Part shown: piece after piece, positions 60,651 through 64,000 of the stretch
Layout: each line of letters begins with the position of its first letter
Position numbering within the stretch: position 1 is the first letter of the stretch
NCBI GenBank assembly: GCA_027623195.1
Contig: JAQBUT010000014.1
Location: 21,881 to 85,880 of the forward strand
DNA: 64,000 nt
Direction of reading: 5' to 3'
Origin: Chloroflexota bacterium
GTDB taxonomy: Bacteria; Chloroflexota; Dehalococcoidia; Lucifugimonadales; JADFKI01
Notes under the pieces: model-generated
Databases searched by the model: none
Told to the model about the DNA's origin: nothing
The model's input: only the letters and a program-made list of their open reading frames with translations
Position numbers and translations under genes: made by a program

Positions 60651-62795
60651 ATGAAGGTATTGCCGTTCCGCATAGTATTGCCACTGGTCATCGCTATATT
60701 CGCGGTCGCCTGTAGCGCTCAGCCTGCCGCTCCGGCGCCTGATCCTGTGGTGATAGAAAGGGAAGTCATCAAGGAGGTACCGGTCGATAGGGTCGTAACT
60801 GTTGAGAAAGAGGTAATAAGGGAAGTAATCAAAGAGGTCATAGTCGACTCCGGTGCCAAGGCTCCGAGGTCTCCCCTGATTGGAGAGATTGAAGGCGTAA
60901 CGGTTCTCAGGGACTTCACACCCTCGAAATATAACGAAGCTCCCGAGTTGGCTCAGTTAGTTAGCGAGGGCAAACTGCCACCCGTCGAAGAGCGTGTCGG
61001 TCCCGAGCCGCTGGTTTTGAGGCCTATTCATGAGATCGGCAAGTACGGTGGAGTGTGGCGACGCGGATTTATCGGCCCTAATGACACTGCGAACGCCATA
61101 CGGGCGGTCAACCACGACAGGCTTTTGTTCTGGGACCCCACCGGCACAGAAATTGTGCCGCATATGGCAAAGGGTTGGGAAGTTAGCGACGACGGCAAGA
61201 CCACAACTATCTTCCTTCGCAAAGGGCACAAGTGGTCCGACGGAGCGCCCTTTACTGCGGATGATTTCATATTCTGGTACGAGGAAATGTACCTGAACGA
61301 TGACCTTAACCCCACAAAAAGGGCTGAGTTGACAGTCGCCGGCGAGCAGGTGCTATTCAAGAAAGTGGACGAAACAACGGTTCAGCTCATTTCCAAGGAG
61401 CCTTACTACGTTCTCCCCACGTACCTCTCCAGCACGTCGGCTCTAAGCGGTCACGCCAGGTGGGGAAACCTGGCTCTCGGAGGTTTCGCACCTGCCCACT
61501 ACCTGAAGCAGTTCCATCCGGATTACGCTGAAGGCGGGCTAGAGGCCATCGAAAAAATGGCTGACGACGCGGGCTTCGCAAACTGGATAGACTTCTTCAA
61601 ACAGCGGAACAGCGTATTCCTCAACACGGAACTGCCGACAATAGCCGCCTGGATGCTTGAAAAGCCCATCACCGATACTGTCTGGGTAATGACGCGAAAT
61701 CCTTATAGCATCTGGATGGATGAGGCGGGAAACCAGTTGCCTTACATGGATAAGGTGCGGATGACTTTGGGTGAAGACCTGGAAGTCCTGAATCTGCGGG
61801 CGATTTCCGGTGAGTTCGACCAGCAGGCCCGACACATGGACCTGCAGAAGCTGCCGGTAATGCTTGAGAACGCTGCGGCCGGCAACTACACGGTTCGTCT
61901 AGACCCCACGCGACACGGAGGGGACGCCGTTCTTTGTCCCAACCTGAACTACGACTCCGATCCTGAAATCGCAAAGTGGCTGACGAACACGGACTTCCGC
62001 AGGGCTCTATCCCTAGGGGTTGACCGCACCCAGATCAATGAGGGTCTGTTCCTAGGGCTTGGCATTCCAGGGTCTATAGCCCCCGGTGACGACACAATTT
62101 ACAGCCCTGGGCCCGACTCTGTGTACCGCAACCTGTGGTCCACCCACGATCCCGAGACGGCCAACCAGATGCTGGATGGACTGGGTCTAACCGAAAAAGA
62201 CGCTGAAGGGTTCCGCATGAGGACCGACGGCAAGGGCCGGCTGGTCATTGAGGTGCAAACCTACCTCTCCTTCATGAATTTCACCGAGCTGGGCGAGATG
62301 GTCAAGGAGCACTGGAGGGAAATCGGAATAGACCTGGACGTGAAGGAGATGGAGCGCAGCCTTGCCACCCAGCGGCGCACTTCCAATCAACACCAGTTCC
62401 ACGTTGAGGTTACCTGGGGCGCTGAAGATATGTACGGTCATCCGATCGGCTTCTTCCCGGACGGTAGTGCCTCTTGCTTCGGACCGGAGTATGGCAAGTG
62501 GTTCCAGAGTAACGGCCAGGTTGGCAGGGAGCCTCCGCCCGAGCTGGCCAAGGTCTTCGACCTTTACCGGAAAGGCATGACGCTGCCGGACAAGGCGCGC
62601 CAGGAAACGGGTAAGGAGCTTTGGAGAATCGTCCTGGACGAAGTGTACGGGATAGGCACAGTGGGCCAAAGCCCGGCAATACAGGGCGTCCGGATTGTCA
62701 ACAACGACCTGGGTAACACGGCAGCCAGGCACATCAATAGCGCTGCCAAGGATAATCCAGCCTCGTCTCACCCGGAACAGTACTACTTCAAGTAA
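60651..62795 (+). CDS. family 5 ABC solute-binding lipoprotein
   Basis: Lipobox AVAC, V/E/K-rich repeat, GKLPPVEERV, LRKGHKWSDGAPFTADD, RNPY, FRRALS; AGGAGG RBS. Confidence 0.93.
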   Translation: MKVLPFRIVLPLVIAIFAVACSAQPAAPAPDPVVIEREVIKEVPVDRVVTVEKEVIREVIKEVIVDSGAKAPRSPLIGEIEGVTVLRDFTPSKYNEAPELAQLVSEGKLPPVEERVGPEPLVLRPIHEIGKYGGVWRRGFIGPNDTANAIRAVNHDRLLFWDPTGTEIVPHMAKGWEVSDDGKTTTIFLRKGHKWSDGAPFTADDFIFWYEEMYLNDDLNPTKRAELTVAGEQVLFKKVDETTVQLISKEPYYVLPTYLSSTSALSGHARWGNLALGGFAPAHYLKQFHPDYAEGGLEAIEKMADDAGFANWIDFFKQRNSVFLNTELPTIAAWMLEKPITDTVWVMTRNPYSIWMDEAGNQLPYMDKVRMTLGEDLEVLNLRAISGEFDQQARHMDLQKLPVMLENAAAGNYTVRLDPTRHGGDAVLCPNLNYDSDPEIAKWLTNTDFRRALSLGVDRTQINEGLFLGLGIPGSIAPGDDTIYSPGPDSVYRNLWSTHDPETANQMLDGLGLTEKDAEGFRMRTDGKGRLVIEVQTYLSFMNFTELGEMVKEHWREIGIDLDVKEMERSLATQRRTSNQHQFHVEVTWGAEDMYGHPIGFFPDGSASCFGPEYGKWFQSNGQVGREPPPELAKVFDLYRKGMTLPDKARQETGKELWRIVLDEVYGIGTVGQSPAIQGVRIVNNDLGNTAARHINSAAKDNPASSHPEQYYFK

Positions 62796-62837
62796 CTGCC
62801 TGAGAGGGGCGGCTCCCCAAACTAAGTCGAGCATCGG

Positions 62838-62880
62838 GAAACAGAAATGGGCACCAATACAGCGCCCATTTCTGTTTCTC
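62838..62880. terminator. bidirectional terminator
   Basis: GAAACAGAAATGGGC / GCCCATTTCTGTTTC. Confidence 0.8.
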
Positions 62881-62926
62881 TCTGATTTAGGAAGGCGAGA
62901 TCCTCCCGCCGCCAAAGCGGTCCTAC

Positions 62927-64000
62927 TTAGAGCCTGGCCCGCTTGCTGTGGATTCCGGTGGCTCCGCTGGGACGATTGCCTTGCTCCTTTTCAATCTGCG
63001 GGAAGCCGTCACCCTCAGCGCAACGCACCTCGAACTCGTGATCGCCAGCCTGATATGGCCAGTCATAGCGCCAGATTACCCAGGTGGTTTCCGAGAGAGG
63101 TGAGCGCAATTGGGCCTCCTGCCAGGGGCCGCCATCCACCCTGATTTCCACCCTGGAAATTCCCCGAGCGCCCGCGAATGCAATGCCGCCAATCGGAACC
63201 AGTTGCTGATTGTCCCTTTCGAAGACGCTTTCGACGGCGACGGTATCGATCACAGATGTTGCCTTCATTTGGGCCACCTCATCCCATCCTCGCTCTACCC
63301 AGTACCCTTCCCGGTAGTCGGCCGTAACCTCCATGGATGTGATCCACTTGGGCTGCTTCATGCCGTATCGGTCGGGCAACCAGATGCGCAGAGGAAAGCC
63401 GTGATCGAAGGGAATCGGTCGACCGTCCCAGGCGTGGCACAACATGATGCGGTCGTCGGATGCGATCAGGTCTAGATCGACCGTCTCGTAGAACCCATCT
63501 CCCGAGCTGATTACCAGGTAGCGCGCCTCACTCTGCAGTTGTGCGTCGGCCAGCACATCCTGCAGGGGCACCCCGGTCCACTGCGTCGTGCTGATGAGAT
63601 CTGTGCCGATACGTCCGGATATACAGGAAAGGGTTACGAACTGGTCTCTAGACTCGTAGTTGTTCCGGATATCTTCTATGGTCAATAGCAAGGGGTTATC
63701 GACCAGTCCTGTGATGGGAAGGGACCAGGTCGCAATATCTATCAAAGTGGGCTCGGTCCTCAGGAAAACCTGGTAATGGTCCTCCACCGGCGTGTATTCC
63801 AGACGAGTACCGGGCGCCGGTATCACAGGATTACTAGGGTCCATAACGATCTGACCGGCAGTCAGTTTTGACTTTTCGATGGACGCGGCGATAGCTTCGT
63901 TTCGCTGCCGCCGTTCCGACTGGGCCAACAGGGCGCCGAGACCTCCGCCGAGTACCGTTATCGTCGCAGTCGTTGCGCCCATTCGGATGAGGAACTGTCG
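62927..64000 (-). CDS. sulfite-oxidase-family molybdopterin oxidoreductase (5' end outside the window)
   Basis: TLSCIS Mo-Cys, WTGV, HGFPLR, YGMKQPKW, GYWVERGW, Ig-like C-domain; frame stays open to the edge (RQFLIRM). Confidence 0.9.
   Translation of the reverse strand, partial: RQFLIRMGATTATITVLGGGLGALLAQSERRQRNEAIAASIEKSKLTAGQIVMDPSNPVIPAPGTRLEYTPVEDHYQVFLRTEPTLIDIATWSLPITGLVDNPLLLTIEDIRNNYESRDQFVTLSCISGRIGTDLISTTQWTGVPLQDVLADAQLQSEARYLVISSGDGFYETVDLDLIASDDRIMLCHAWDGRPIPFDHGFPLRIWLPDRYGMKQPKWITSMEVTADYREGYWVERGWDEVAQMKATSVIDTVAVESVFERDNQQLVPIGGIAFAGARGISRVEIRVDGGPWQEAQLRSPLSETTWVIWRYDWPYQAGDHEFEVRCAEGDGFPQIEKEQGNRPSGATGIHSKRARL

Overview
Chromosomal 64-kb window from a GC-moderate bacterium, most likely Chloroflexota (Dehalococcoidia/SAR202-like). 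This is an inference from three family-III CoA-transferases, an LLM monooxygenase, a VEKEV-repeat family-5 solute-binding lipoprotein, futalosine-type quinone genes and an unlinked 23S rRNA gene. Most genes are housekeeping or metabolic (glmS, plsC, cmk, ubiD/mqnP/ubiX, ktrAB, pheA, hemA, rpmB, fakA/degV, recG, aconitase, rmuC, coaE, a peptide-type ABC transporter). I found no transposase, integrase, prophage or CRISPR array. Main candidates for novelty: (1) a small secreted-peptide gene (C-terminus GGRRWSSD) directly ahead of a multi-TM histidine kinase and two stand-alone receivers, resembling a peptide-pheromone system; (2) a stand-alone 23S rRNA-tRNAfMet unit with no 16S and no 5S, a 25-nt hairpin resembling 5S helix I where 5S would be, and a 115-nt ES9-like expansion hairpin in the 23S; (3) an MfnB-TusA-like fusion in an operon with a divergent DHDPS-family aldolase; (4) a Ser/Thr kinase with a degenerate zincin-like ectodomain paired with an FHA-winged-helix regulator; (5) an HPP gene broken in a G9 tract. 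Family assignments come from motif recognition only; no searches were run.
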